58,790 nt of DNA from a virus (taxonomy: Duplodnaviria; Caudoviricetes), in IMG/VR virus record IMGVR_UViG_3300028844_003404, positions 1 to 58,790 of that record. One strand, given 5' to 3'. Below the pieces are notes generated by a model. That model did no database searches and was not told the DNA's origin. It saw only the letters and a program-made list of their open reading frames with translations. The translations under genes were made by a program, and so were the position numbers. Positions 18,202-29,300 of this stretch are shown here, one piece after another. Position 1 is the stretch's first letter; every line of letters starts with the position of its first letter.

Positions 18202-18957
18202 ATGGACGAAGCAAAACAATATGGACAACAAGACTTTAACTTACCTCATGACGTGGTAACACTTCCGTCGCAGGGTAAGTTTTACAAAAACAAGAAAAAG
18301 AGTCTTAAAATTGGGTATCTTACCGCACAAGATGAAAACATTTTGGTATCTGCGGGTAACGGTCAAAACCCAAACATTATTAACGATTTAGTTAAAAATA
18401 AAATTTATGAACCAGACGTTAAGGTTAGTGAATTATTAGAGGGTGATTTAGAAGCTATTTTAATATTTTTGAGAAATACTGCGTTTGGTCCTGACTATAA
18501 TTTTACACTAAGAGACCCTAAAACTAATAACACGTTTGAACACACAGTTCGTCTCGATGAATTAGATTTCAAAAAACTTGAAAAAGAACCCGAAGAAGAC
18601 GGTACATTTATATTTAAACTACCTAAATCAGGAAATAGAATAAAATGTAAACTACTTACGGTGGGAGAAGTCAAAGAACTTAACGACATTATCGAGAAGT
18701 ACCCAAGTAACATGACACCTCCCATAGTAACCAATAGGTTATCAAAACAAATAATAAGTGTGGACGATAACACCGACAGAGAGTTTATAACGAGCTTCGT
18801 CATAAAACTACCTATTATGGATTCTAAATTCATAAGAAATAGCCTTTCTAATTCGGAACCAAAATTAGACTTAGAAAGGAGTTTAAAAGCCCCGTCAGGA
18901 GAAGAGTTGACAGTTAGAGTCACCTTTGGGGTGGAGTTTTTTCGGCCTTTCTTCTGA
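18202..18957 (+). CDS. tail assembly chaperone / baseplate hub assembly protein (gp26/gp51-like)
   Basis: Duplicated LPSxG/LPKSG...LT motifs, GDLEAILIFLR, ends VEFFRPFF; sits between tube and tape measure genes. Confidence 0.7.
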   Translation: MDEAKQYGQQDFNLPHDVVTLPSQGKFYKNKKKSLKIGYLTAQDENILVSAGNGQNPNIINDLVKNKIYEPDVKVSELLEGDLEAILIFLRNTAFGPDYNFTLRDPKTNNTFEHTVRLDELDFKKLEKEPEEDGTFIFKLPKSGNRIKCKLLTVGEVKELNDIIEKYPSNMTPPIVTNRLSKQIISVDDNTDREFITSFVIKLPIMDSKFIRNSLSNSEPKLDLERSLKAPSGEELTVRVTFGVEFFRPFF

Positions 18958-19129
18958 CTCTAGGGTATCTGTGCTTGATGAAATCTATTATTTAACTCGT
19001 CACGCGAATTTTTCTTATAACGACTTAATTAATATGCCCACATATGAAAGAAAATATTTTATAGGTAAGTTAGTTGAAGAGTTTGAAAAACGAAATCAAC
19101 AGGCTGAAAAGGCAAAATCTAAAAGATAA
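18944..19129 (+). CDS. C-terminal extension of tail assembly chaperone, probably reached by +1 frameshift
   Basis: +1 frame overlapping the chaperone 3' end: GLSSDSRVSVLDEIYYLTRHANFSYNDLINMPTYERKYFIGKL...; first ATG only at codon MPTYE; junction TTT TTT CGG. Confidence 0.65.
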   Translation, partial: GLSSDSRVSVLDEIYYLTRHANFSYNDLINMPTYERKYFIGKLVEEFEKRNQQAEKAKSKR

Positions 19130-19130
19130 G

Positions 19131-19138
19131 TATTTATA
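19131..19138 (+). promoter_or_regulatory. TATTTATA late-promoter-like motif
   Basis: 15 nt upstream of tape measure ATG. Confidence 0.6.
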
Positions 19139-19153
19139 GTATAATACTTAATA

Positions 19154-21283
19154 ATGTTTCAAAACAATACGGGAGCAGGGAAAGGACCTGTAGATAGTGC
19201 TAAAGACGCGATATCTGAAGTTACTAAAGGTATGGACGGCTTAAATAAAGCCGCAGGACTGTTAGATACAACGGTATTAAATATCACCTCAAGTTTAGCT
19301 CGGATGTATATTCCAACTGCAGTTATTGAAGATACTGCTAAACTACAACAATTAACATTTGATTTAAGTACTAAGTCCATGGGACAAACTAGTGTCATTG
19401 GTAACGCACTAATGACTACTATGGCTGAGGCCACATTTGAAACGACTAAATTTGGAGTTGGATTAGAGGAGAACTTAATGTTAACCCAACAAATAAATGA
19501 TGTGATGGGAACTAACACTTTATTATCTTCTGAGCAAGTTATAAATATGCAACTTTTAGCTCGTAACGCCGGTCTCACATCTGCTGAGATAGTTCCTATT
19601 GTAGAAGGGTTTAGAAATATCGGAGTGGGTACCTCAAGCGCGATATCACAAATTAGTGATATGCAAAAACAAGCCAGAGATTATGGTATTAATGTTGGTA
19701 AGTTCATGAAGGATATTGGTAGTAACATAAAAATGTTATCTTCTTATAATTTTAAAGATGGTGTAGAAGGATTTTCTCGTATGATTGCAAAGGCACAGGC
19801 GTTAAGGATGGACGTGTCTACTACTTTTGCTCTTTCTGAAAAGTTAATGGACCCGGAAACCGCGATAGAAACCGCCGCTGGATTTCAGATGTTGGGGGGT
19901 GCTGTTGGTGATTTAGGAGACCCATTTAAATTATTACATTTAGCCCAGACAGATACAGAAGGTTTACAGGATGCAATTATTGGTATGGCGGAAGGGGCTG
20001 CCGTATTTAATGAAGAAACTGGTGAATTTGATATACCGGTAACTGAAATGTATAGGTTAAGAGAGGCTGCTAAATTAGCGGGAATATCTTATCAAGACAT
20101 GACCCAAACGGCTTTTAAAGCCGCTGAAAGGACAAAAAAATTGGATATGTTGGGAACAACCACAGTTCCTCAGGAGTTTAAAGACTTAGTTGCGAACATG
20201 AGTGACATTGAGGGTGGACAATTACGAGTGGACATACCGGCTTTTGATGAAATGGGTAAACAGATAATTGTTGCAAATAAAGCGGCGGCAGACTTAACAA
20301 AAGATGATTTTGCAGCGTTAAAAGAAGCGAATGATATAAATTCGATGTCCGATAGAGATATCGCAATGAGTCAACTTACTGCCCTTCAAAAAATTGCGGG
20401 AGCTAATGAATCTGCTAAGGCCGCGACCTTATTAGCAGGTACGAAAACAGAAGGAGTAACTGATGTTTTAGGTGGTTTAGACGCATACGCAGATGTTGTT
20501 AGAGAAGGTTTAGACGCTTCTATAAATAAAGAGAATCTACAAGTATATGGGGAGGCTTTAAGTGCAAATATAGCCAATGGATTTAAAGACGAGGAGTCTA
20601 GTAAACATTTTAGAAACGCAGCGTTTTCGATGTCCGCAGAGTTTGCAACTGCGATTGAGGACTCAGTTGTAAATATGAATGAAAAGTTGCCAGACAAAAA
20701 TCTAATAAAAGATTTAGATATAGATGTTGAGGGGTTGTTAACCACGGCTTATCAAACTACTAGTGAAGGAGTTGAAAAGTTAAAAACAAAGCTTACAGGT
20801 TTAGTTCCCCCTGAACTTATAGACAATCTTACTACTATAAATCCACTATTAGGTACCACTAGCGATTTAATTAGTAATTTTAGTGATATGGTTGGAGGTT
20901 TAGCTGAAAACGCGGCTAACCAACTAGGTGTGAGTTTAGATGAATTTGCCGCGGGAAGACCTGACACATCTCCAGATACTAACGCCCCTATTGCTAAAGA
21001 TTTTATTTCTAGACCTGGAATGCCTGTTCAAAAATTCTTAGCAAATGATTTAGTAATTGGTGGGACTAACCTATTAAATAATCTCGGTTCAAACACCAAT
21101 AATAATGTTAACGGTGATATTAATCTAAATGTGGGGGGTAAGATAGACCTATCAGTTGACGGAAGAAATCTCCCTCAAAACATAACATCTGAACAATTGG
21201 CAAATGAAATTGTTAATAACCCCACTTTCACAAGTAAACTAATGACAATATTTACGGATTCTAATAATACATATTCCGCTTAA
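19154..21283 (+). CDS. tape measure protein
   Basis: 709 aa, Ala/Gly/Met-rich and helical; directly after tube and chaperone genes. Confidence 0.75.
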   Translation: MFQNNTGAGKGPVDSAKDAISEVTKGMDGLNKAAGLLDTTVLNITSSLARMYIPTAVIEDTAKLQQLTFDLSTKSMGQTSVIGNALMTTMAEATFETTKFGVGLEENLMLTQQINDVMGTNTLLSSEQVINMQLLARNAGLTSAEIVPIVEGFRNIGVGTSSAISQISDMQKQARDYGINVGKFMKDIGSNIKMLSSYNFKDGVEGFSRMIAKAQALRMDVSTTFALSEKLMDPETAIETAAGFQMLGGAVGDLGDPFKLLHLAQTDTEGLQDAIIGMAEGAAVFNEETGEFDIPVTEMYRLREAAKLAGISYQDMTQTAFKAAERTKKLDMLGTTTVPQEFKDLVANMSDIEGGQLRVDIPAFDEMGKQIIVANKAAADLTKDDFAALKEANDINSMSDRDIAMSQLTALQKIAGANESAKAATLLAGTKTEGVTDVLGGLDAYADVVREGLDASINKENLQVYGEALSANIANGFKDEESSKHFRNAAFSMSAEFATAIEDSVVNMNEKLPDKNLIKDLDIDVEGLLTTAYQTTSEGVEKLKTKLTGLVPPELIDNLTTINPLLGTTSDLISNFSDMVGGLAENAANQLGVSLDEFAAGRPDTSPDTNAPIAKDFISRPGMPVQKFLANDLVIGGTNLLNNLGSNTNNNVNGDINLNVGGKIDLSVDGRNLPQNITSEQLANEIVNNPTFTSKLMTIFTDSNNTYSA

Positions 21284-21299
21284 AAATGAATATTTAATC

Positions 21300-21307
21300 T
21301 ATTTATA
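21300..21307 (+). promoter_or_regulatory. TATTTATA late-promoter-like motif
   Basis: 15 nt upstream of ATG 21323. Confidence 0.6.
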
Positions 21308-21322
21308 TAAAAATAGATTCGT

Positions 21323-24300
21323 ATGCCGAACCAATCAAATAGTCAATTAACGTTTAGCGCTACTGAAGGTTTTAGAAAAAAACTTTTAGTCAGGAATTTA
21401 GAACCATATGCTGAAGGTTATAAAGGTAATGATTCAGCGGGTAATGCGGAGTTTGCAATTAACGATGTCGCAGTTTTAGACGCGATTAGAATCGAAGAGT
21501 CCCAAATAACCGACCAATCACAAAAAAGAGCGTTTATACAAAATCAATACGGACCTGAAGGAGGGTTCAACGATTTAATAAATATAAGAGATATAGAAAG
21601 GAAAATAGAAAAAAGAGAGACGTATTATACGTTTGTTGCGTCAACGTACAACTCACTTACATTATTAACAAGCTTTGACCCTATGGGTTCCAACGGGAGA
21701 CTCACACAAGACTCTGAGTTAGCTCAAATCGCAGGAAACCAACTAAAAACTCAATTTCAATTTAGAATTGCGGAAGAAACTTATCAACAAACATTGGGTA
21801 GGGTAAATATACTCGATGCGTTAGGTGACCCTTTTGATGCATTGGCAATTGCTACAGGAAATGAAGAACTAATTGAAAGTGATTGGAAAATTTCTGTTCC
21901 TGATAATGTGGTGGGTAAAGGTTTAGACTTTATAAGTAGAGTTTCGGGAATATACTCACCATACTCATGGATACCAGGTAGTTATTTTGGTGAAGTGACA
22001 CAACAATCGAGTGTGAATCAAGCGACAAACAATGGAGGTGAATTTAGTGATAGAGCTACATTATTACCACAAGCCAATAAGAGGGCGTCTGATACATTTA
22101 TATCAAATACAGGTAGGGGACAGACTAAGAGATTATTTAAGAATATATCATTAAATGTTTTTGCACCTGACTATACCGAAAACTCTAGAAGTTTTGGACT
22201 AAGAGCACCGGCGGGAAATTACTACGTAGGTAGTAAAATACAGGAATTAACAGATATTGTAGCACCTTCCAAAGAGTTACCCATAGACCAATTCGGTAAT
22301 AGAGTAAGAATTGCTAGTAGAGGTTACGGTGAAATAGCTAAAATATATGAGGAAAATGGAGGAAACGTATTTAAGTTTGGTTTAAACGGAAGTAATTTTC
22401 TAAGGGCGGGCACCGCAACAAACAGTAACTATGACGCGCCTAGACTACAAGGAGGTTTTACTTGGGTAGGACCTAGTCTAAGACTTGCGGGTAGATACCC
22501 GACACAGGGAGGGGGAGAAGGGTCTATGAGTGAACCATATAGTAAATTAATACAATCACTTTTGTTATCAACCACAAGTGCTGGTAATTATATATTTAAG
22601 AAAGGTTCGATATTAGATGACACTCAGAGGTTAGTTGATGCTGCTGAAGGACTAAATGGAGATGCTAGATTACAACATGTTGGAAATGCAATAAATCAAG
22701 TTTCTAAAGTTTTTAATGACGGGACAAGGGAAATGACAAAAGGTTCTAGAGTTTATAAATATGAAGACCAAAGCACAGGAGAAATAAAAGGAATAGAATA
22801 CTGTAGGGTTTTTACTAAAGACATACCATATTTTAGTAATGATGAGATACAAAAAAGTGAGGGTATTACAACACAAAACAGAAAATTCACATATTCGGTA
22901 TTAGATAACACTTATAATTTAAATATTGCACCTTGGAGAGGTAACGAATCAACTAATATTCAAGACGAAAAGGTAAAAAAGTACATGTTTTCGATAGAAA
23001 ATTTAGCTTGGAGAACATCCTCTAGACCTGGTTTTACAGTACAAGATTTACCTTCATGTGAAAGAGGTCCGAACGGTGGAAGAGTTATGTGGTTCCCTCC
23101 ATATGATATGAAAGTAAGTGAACAGAATAGTGCTGACTGGACTGCAAATCAATTTTTAGGTAGACCTGAACCTATTTACACATATAATAACACAACTAGA
23201 CAAGGTAATTTAAATTGGAAGATAGTCGTTGACCACCCATCAATATTGAACGCTATAGTCGATAAAGAATTAGACGGACAAGACAATCAAAAGATAAACG
23301 ATATTGTCGATTCATTTTTTGCGGGATGTAGAAAATATGATATCTATGAATTAGCACAAAGATTTCCACAATTTACACTTAAAGATATATATGATATTGT
23401 AACTACAACACAAAACGTCACAGATTATGAATATTTTGAAAATGAAATACAAAGTACTCAAATAACAACCACACAACCAGTCATTGAAGAATATACACCC
23501 GTAATAACGGAAACTGATTATAGTTATTCATTCTACTTCGATAATGACGTTCCTGGACCAAAAAACGCAAACTCAACCACTACGGAAGAACCTTATTCGT
23601 CTAATTTATCCGCATATATACTTAATCAATCAAATTATTACACTAACGCCGATGAGGACCAAAAAGGACCCACTAGTACATTCTTCCAAGAAAATATTTT
23701 TAATATTGAACAAAAAACAAAAGAATTATGTGTTAAAATAAAAGAAGCTATTGATAAAGGGGCTATAGTTAATATAAAATTAGAAGGTTCCGCATCTTCA
23801 CCTAATAGCGCTCCGTATAATTTATCCTTAAGTAAAAGAAGGGTCGACTCAATAAAAAAATATATCTTAAGTTTTTCTGGATTAGATAAGTTACAAGATA
23901 AGTTAAATATTAGTGAGGTATCACTAGGCGAAAATACAACAATTGATGGTGTTTCGTGTAGTGAAGAATTAACAGGTGCAGATAAAATTTATTCTACAAG
24001 TGCTATGGGATGTAGGGCGGTCTCATTCTCCACTACAATTGAAGAAATCCCACCCGAACCTAATCCTCAAGACTTAGAACCGATTATTCAAGAAACAATT
24101 ATAACAGATACTGTTACAGGACGTACTGAAGTACAAAGACAAGAAGAGTCTAAAGAGGTTAGAGAAAAAAGAAACGTCGCTAAAATAATAGTTAAAAAAC
24201 TACTAACCGAGTGTGACTACTTTGATAAAATGAAAGAGGACTCACCACAAGTATATCAAGGGATAAAAGACAAACTTAAATTTTTCCACCCAACATTTCA

Positions 24301-26044
24301 TTCAATAACACCTGAAGGGTTAAACTCACGACTTACTTTTTTACAACAATGTTTAAGACCTGGAGATACAATACCCGTAATAGGTGAAGATGGTAAACCT
24401 AGACAGGGAGATATAAAAAACACTGCATTTGGTTCGCCACCTATTTGTGTATTAAGGATAGGAGATTTCTACCATACTAAAATTGTTATACAACAGATGA
24501 GTATCAGCTATGAACCACTAACATTTGATTTAAATCCTGAAGGTATTGGAGTCCAACCAATGATTGCCGATATTAGTATGTCATTTAATTTTATAGGTGG
24601 ACAAGGACTTAAAGAACCCGTTAGTAGATTACAAAATGCGGTTTCATTTAATTATTTTGGTAATACTGAAGTATATGATGAACGTTCCGTACCTACAGAA
24701 GATACTACAGATTTAGACAGGTCAGTGTTAGACGAAATAGAATCGGATAATAACTTTACAGTTAAAGACGGAAAAGTGGAAAGGACTGAAGAGGCTGGAG
24801 AAACTATAGGTCAGATAACATCTACATTAGTTGAGGAGTTTTTAACGGGAGATATTAATTATAAATCATTTATGAAAGACTATGTTTTGAAGTCCCAAGA
24901 ATATGTACAAAATGTGATTAGTAGTATAGACACCATAAGCCGAATTCAATCGAAAATAGGGGTACACTATTTTACTCAAGATAGACTTTACACTTACGGA
25001 ACGTCAACGGGATATTTAAACGGTTCAAACGTATATACGACTAATATTTTAGGTAAACCAAACAAACTTCAAAACAAACAAATTACACTTAAAAACAAAC
25101 TAATAGAAGATGTGGATAATGGATTAAACCCATTTTTAAAAGGTCCTAATACTAATATAGAAAATCAAAACTTTAAAAATAGTGAAGTAAAAAAATTCAA
25201 GAAAAACTTAAAATCTTACATTGAGCTTCAAATGAATGTATTTCTCAGTATTATGAATGGTGAAATGGGTGATTTATTAAATGTACAGACTAATTTTGTT
25301 AGACAAAACGACATTTCAAACCTAATTACGGCAAATACGGATGGATATAAAAATAAAACAGGAAGTATAGATATTTTTGAATTGTCAGGAACTACTAATG
25401 TTGACCCATCATCGTCAGAGGCGAATACAAATTTAGAAATGGTGGCGGACATACAAACAGTTGGAGAAGATTTATTTGTTTTTTATAACTTGTTATTTGA
25501 TGATGAATTGGGTTATTACCCTCCTGTGGATAATTTGGAAAAAGGATTTTTATCTGAAGAATATGACACCGAACCACAAACTAGATTTTGTACTATGGCT
25601 TACTCACCTATATTAAATAACCCTGAATTTGTTAAAAAAACAATTTTAGGAGAAGAGCTTATACTTAAGGAAGAATGGGTAAAGTATGTAAATGAAGTTC
25701 TGTATGGTTTTGACACACTAACAATACCTAATACAACTTCAACAGGACTATTTGGTGACGGACAAACACCAATAATAATAAACGGTCAGTCAGGATTGGT
25801 TGATGTGTATGAAATATTAAAACGTTCGTCCGACGCAGTTACAAATCAACTAAAAAATGGATTTGCGCAGAAGTTTACGGTATATAACCCGTTTAACTTA
25901 GAAAAAGAAAGAAACTTCACGTATATACAAAAACCACAAGCACAGGCCAATAACGTACAATTAGGGTATTTTAATACGATATTTACTGACGGAATAAATA
26001 CAGGAACAGACCTCGAATTTAACGGAAAATACACATTTAACTAA
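21323..26044 (+). CDS. large baseplate / tube-initiator-like protein with internal OmpA-like domain
   Basis: Tube-fold-like segments (W....FLGRPEPIYTYNNTTR; PPICVLRIGDFYHTKIVI..MSISY) flank EGSAS...YNLSLSKRRVDSI...SLGE. Confidence 0.6.
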   Translation: MPNQSNSQLTFSATEGFRKKLLVRNLEPYAEGYKGNDSAGNAEFAINDVAVLDAIRIEESQITDQSQKRAFIQNQYGPEGGFNDLINIRDIERKIEKRETYYTFVASTYNSLTLLTSFDPMGSNGRLTQDSELAQIAGNQLKTQFQFRIAEETYQQTLGRVNILDALGDPFDALAIATGNEELIESDWKISVPDNVVGKGLDFISRVSGIYSPYSWIPGSYFGEVTQQSSVNQATNNGGEFSDRATLLPQANKRASDTFISNTGRGQTKRLFKNISLNVFAPDYTENSRSFGLRAPAGNYYVGSKIQELTDIVAPSKELPIDQFGNRVRIASRGYGEIAKIYEENGGNVFKFGLNGSNFLRAGTATNSNYDAPRLQGGFTWVGPSLRLAGRYPTQGGGEGSMSEPYSKLIQSLLLSTTSAGNYIFKKGSILDDTQRLVDAAEGLNGDARLQHVGNAINQVSKVFNDGTREMTKGSRVYKYEDQSTGEIKGIEYCRVFTKDIPYFSNDEIQKSEGITTQNRKFTYSVLDNTYNLNIAPWRGNESTNIQDEKVKKYMFSIENLAWRTSSRPGFTVQDLPSCERGPNGGRVMWFPPYDMKVSEQNSADWTANQFLGRPEPIYTYNNTTRQGNLNWKIVVDHPSILNAIVDKELDGQDNQKINDIVDSFFAGCRKYDIYELAQRFPQFTLKDIYDIVTTTQNVTDYEYFENEIQSTQITTTQPVIEEYTPVITETDYSYSFYFDNDVPGPKNANSTTTEEPYSSNLSAYILNQSNYYTNADEDQKGPTSTFFQENIFNIEQKTKELCVKIKEAIDKGAIVNIKLEGSASSPNSAPYNLSLSKRRVDSIKKYILSFSGLDKLQDKLNISEVSLGENTTIDGVSCSEELTGADKIYSTSAMGCRAVSFSTTIEEIPPEPNPQDLEPIIQETIITDTVTGRTEVQRQEESKEVREKRNVAKIIVKKLLTECDYFDKMKEDSPQVYQGIKDKLKFFHPTFHSITPEGLNSRLTFLQQCLRPGDTIPVIGEDGKPRQGDIKNTAFGSPPICVLRIGDFYHTKIVIQQMSISYEPLTFDLNPEGIGVQPMIADISMSFNFIGGQGLKEPVSRLQNAVSFNYFGNTEVYDERSVPTEDTTDLDRSVLDEIESDNNFTVKDGKVERTEEAGETIGQITSTLVEEFLTGDINYKSFMKDYVLKSQEYVQNVISSIDTISRIQSKIGVHYFTQDRLYTYGTSTGYLNGSNVYTTNILGKPNKLQNKQITLKNKLIEDVDNGLNPFLKGPNTNIENQNFKNSEVKKFKKNLKSYIELQMNVFLSIMNGEMGDLLNVQTNFVRQNDISNLITANTDGYKNKTGSIDIFELSGTTNVDPSSSEANTNLEMVADIQTVGEDLFVFYNLLFDDELGYYPPVDNLEKGFLSEEYDTEPQTRFCTMAYSPILNNPEFVKKTILGEELILKEEWVKYVNEVLYGFDTLTIPNTTSTGLFGDGQTPIIINGQSGLVDVYEILKRSSDAVTNQLKNGFAQKFTVYNPFNLEKERNFTYIQKPQAQANNVQLGYFNTIFTDGINTGTDLEFNGKYTFN

Positions 26045-26361
26045 TGAGATATTACGACAGATACCAAGACTTTTTAATTAACGGAAAACAAACTGTAGTG
26101 CCATTTGTGTCATTACCCGCAAAACCCACAGATAGAAAATTTATTTATAAAGTGGCTCAAAGTAGGTTAGATAAAGTAAGTCAAGAATTTTATGGTACGC
26201 CTTATTTTGGTTGGTTAATATTAATGGCGAACCCAAAATACGGAGGGTTAGAAAATGACATTAGCGATGGGTCAGTTTTAATAATACCCTTTCCTTTGGT
26301 AAATTCTTTACAAGATTATAAAAAGGCATTAGATACTCATTTCTTCTATTATGGCAGATAA
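26044..26361 (+). CDS. LysM-like baseplate wedge protein (T4 gp53 / P2 gpX-like)
   Basis: RLDKVSQEFYGTPYFGWLILMANP...GSVLIIP. Confidence 0.75.
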   Translation: MRYYDRYQDFLINGKQTVVPFVSLPAKPTDRKFIYKVAQSRLDKVSQEFYGTPYFGWLILMANPKYGGLENDISDGSVLIIPFPLVNSLQDYKKALDTHFFYYGR

Positions 26362-29300
26362 CAAATTTTTTAACAATCAAGACGTATATGTAGAAACCGA
26401 CTATGACAACATAATAATTGTAGACCCAAATAGAGTTGTTGACAGTGACGGTACAGTATCTGAAAGGTTAGTCAACCAAGAAGAGTTAGTTATGTACGCT
26501 AACTTAGAAACTAAAGTATTACCTAGAAGTAAATTAGTTGTGGGTAGTAATTTTCAAGACACAATTGAAAATATACGAATAGGGGCGCTAGACCAAGATA
26601 AGTCTACTGTTATTAACTTTATGAAACCACAGACTACCGATAATGGTCAATCACAAACACAAGATGATTACTTAGATACCTCATGGACTGATAATTTAAC
26701 TTTAGGTCAAAATAGAGGAGGAGATGCGGACAGTCAGATGTTAGGGATTACTAATATTTCAGTTAAAGTTAACGCGTCTTTCGCGGCAATAGTTAGTATT
26801 GAGATGGAGGATGTACAAGGTAGAGTACTATTTGAACAAGGAGAAAATTCACCATACAGTGCGTTCTTTCAGTTTCCATATCCACTATTTACATTAACAC
26901 TTAAAGGATATTATGGTAAGGCGATTAGATATGAGTTAATGTTAAAAGACTTTAACGCAAGATTTGACCCATCTTCAGGTAATTATAAAATAAGTACTAA
27001 CTTTATAAGTCGAACATATGCGATGCTATCCGACATTCCGATAGAGGCGTTATTTGCGTTACCACATATGTACAGTAGGACTACGACAATAGGAACAGAT
27101 AAGAGTAGTAATCAGACAGGTCAGGATACACAAGAAATACGTCAAATAAAATCCACAAAAGGTTATGACACAATTAAAGAAGTCTATTCTGCTTACAAGG
27201 CCAAAGGACTCATAGAAGATAATTTTCCAGAATTAACAATCAATCAAATGTTATTGAAATTACAAAACTTTGAAAGGTATGTCATGGAAGCTTACGGTAA
27301 GGAAGATATGTCTCCATTAACAGAGATTCAAAAATACTTAAACACAATTAACGAATATAGGAATGAAATATATGGACTATTTACAGGTAATTGGTTTAGT
27401 GAGAACATTGATAACAGGGTAGGTTTAATAACTACAATGCCAAACTCACCTATACTGTACCCAATAAAAAATAATGGAGGGAAGAACGAAAAACTACAAA
27501 AAAGAAAAGACGCAATCTCAGAGCTAGAGAGTATAATTGAAAAATATAACACCAAACTTAATGAAAACCCGGTTTTTGGTACCAATGGAAGTGCTGAAGT
27601 TAGTGGAAAAAAAATAGAAACTACTTTAAACTGTGATATTAAGATATCTGATTTTAAAAGACAAAAACCCACAGAATCGGAAGTGGATTATGAAAACACA
27701 TTTGAGTTAAGATACAAATCTACACCCACCGAGTTAGAGTTATCCGATTTTAAAAATAATGTCATAATAAAAGAACTTGCGGTACCGCCTATGGTTGTTG
27801 ATGCGCAAACATTGGAAGTTGAAGAAGACTCTGTATTAAATCAATATATAATATTTGGAGACCAAAATAGTTCTAATAATCTTACCAAAAAAAGTTTTTT
27901 AAGAAAATTAGAAGAATTACAAGATAATTTTGAAACAAAAAAACAACAAGTTGAAGAAGCTATTTCGTACGCTTTAGCCGAAAAAATAAAGTCCCCTGAT
28001 GTTGGACTAGGATTTAATCCAACAATTAATAACGTTATGGCTGTGATATGTGCATCCGCGGATGGATTTTTAAGATTAATGGATAAAGTTCACGATGACG
28101 CTTGGGATAAAAGAAAAGACCCCATTAGAGTTGGGGCTATTATGTCACCCGAAAAATCAGAAGGAACGGAAACAACTATGGTAAACGCGTTATTAAATGG
28201 GTTAAGCTCTTTCGGAACCGCGGAAGAAGATTCGCCTACAGTATATCCGTGGCCTCAATATTTTGTAACCTCTATAGATGAGGAGGGTAATGAGTTATAT
28301 GAAGACAAATACCCTGGTGACACCTCAGAAGTTAATAAAGTGCAGGGATGGAAATATAGTGTATGGCCTGAGATACAATTTGTTGAAGAGTTTGTTAAAG
28401 GGGCTGTACAGATTGAGAATCAAACGTTAGGATATAACTACACCAACGAACTTAAAGAAACCCCGTTTATAAGTTGTAATGCTATTGAGTTCCCATTTCA
28501 GGGACAACCATATGGTGATTTAAGGGTTGTTTCATTTTTTTATGAATTGTTTGAAAGGACTTTTTTAAACTCTAACTACACTAAATTATATAGAGATAGT
28601 GGTTACAATAATGAATTATATAGTGTTTTTGGTGATTTTGAATACATTAATTTACAAGAGTCGGTAGTTAAATCTCCTGAATTAATTGAATTATTAAAAA
28701 ACTTTTCATTTAGTTATGAAAACTTATTAAAATATATGTTAAATATTTCTAATAACGGTCAGGGTCAAAGCTGGAATTTATTTAGGAGGGGAGACTTTAC
28801 TACACCATATATCAAGTCTTTAATAAAACAAGATTTTGGAGTTTACAAACTATCATATTTAGAAGGTAATTCTATTAAGGTATCATCGTCTAGTGAGAGT
28901 AGTAATAAGCTGATAAAATATCTTAATTCAAACCAATCAGATGAATTAACATTCACGGACGGATACCCATTTAATAACCTTGATTGGTTACAAAATAATT
29001 TATCGGAAGGTAATAAAGTTAATTCTATAAGAATTAGTAATGACACTTCTAAAATGTTTTCATTTAACGAAGACCAAAAGACAATTGCTTCGTTTTCTAA
29101 TGAGGATGAAACGTATGGTAAAAAGATGTTTTCATACTTTGAATGGATAACAAATACCTCTACCTCACCTAACCAAGAGGTTTCGGAAATGAGTCCAAAC
29201 CCAAATAATAACAGTGAAAATATTTTTGAGACAAATAACCAAGTAATTAATTACTATAATTATCGAACTAAAGAAAAATTCGTACTCACAGAATCTACTT

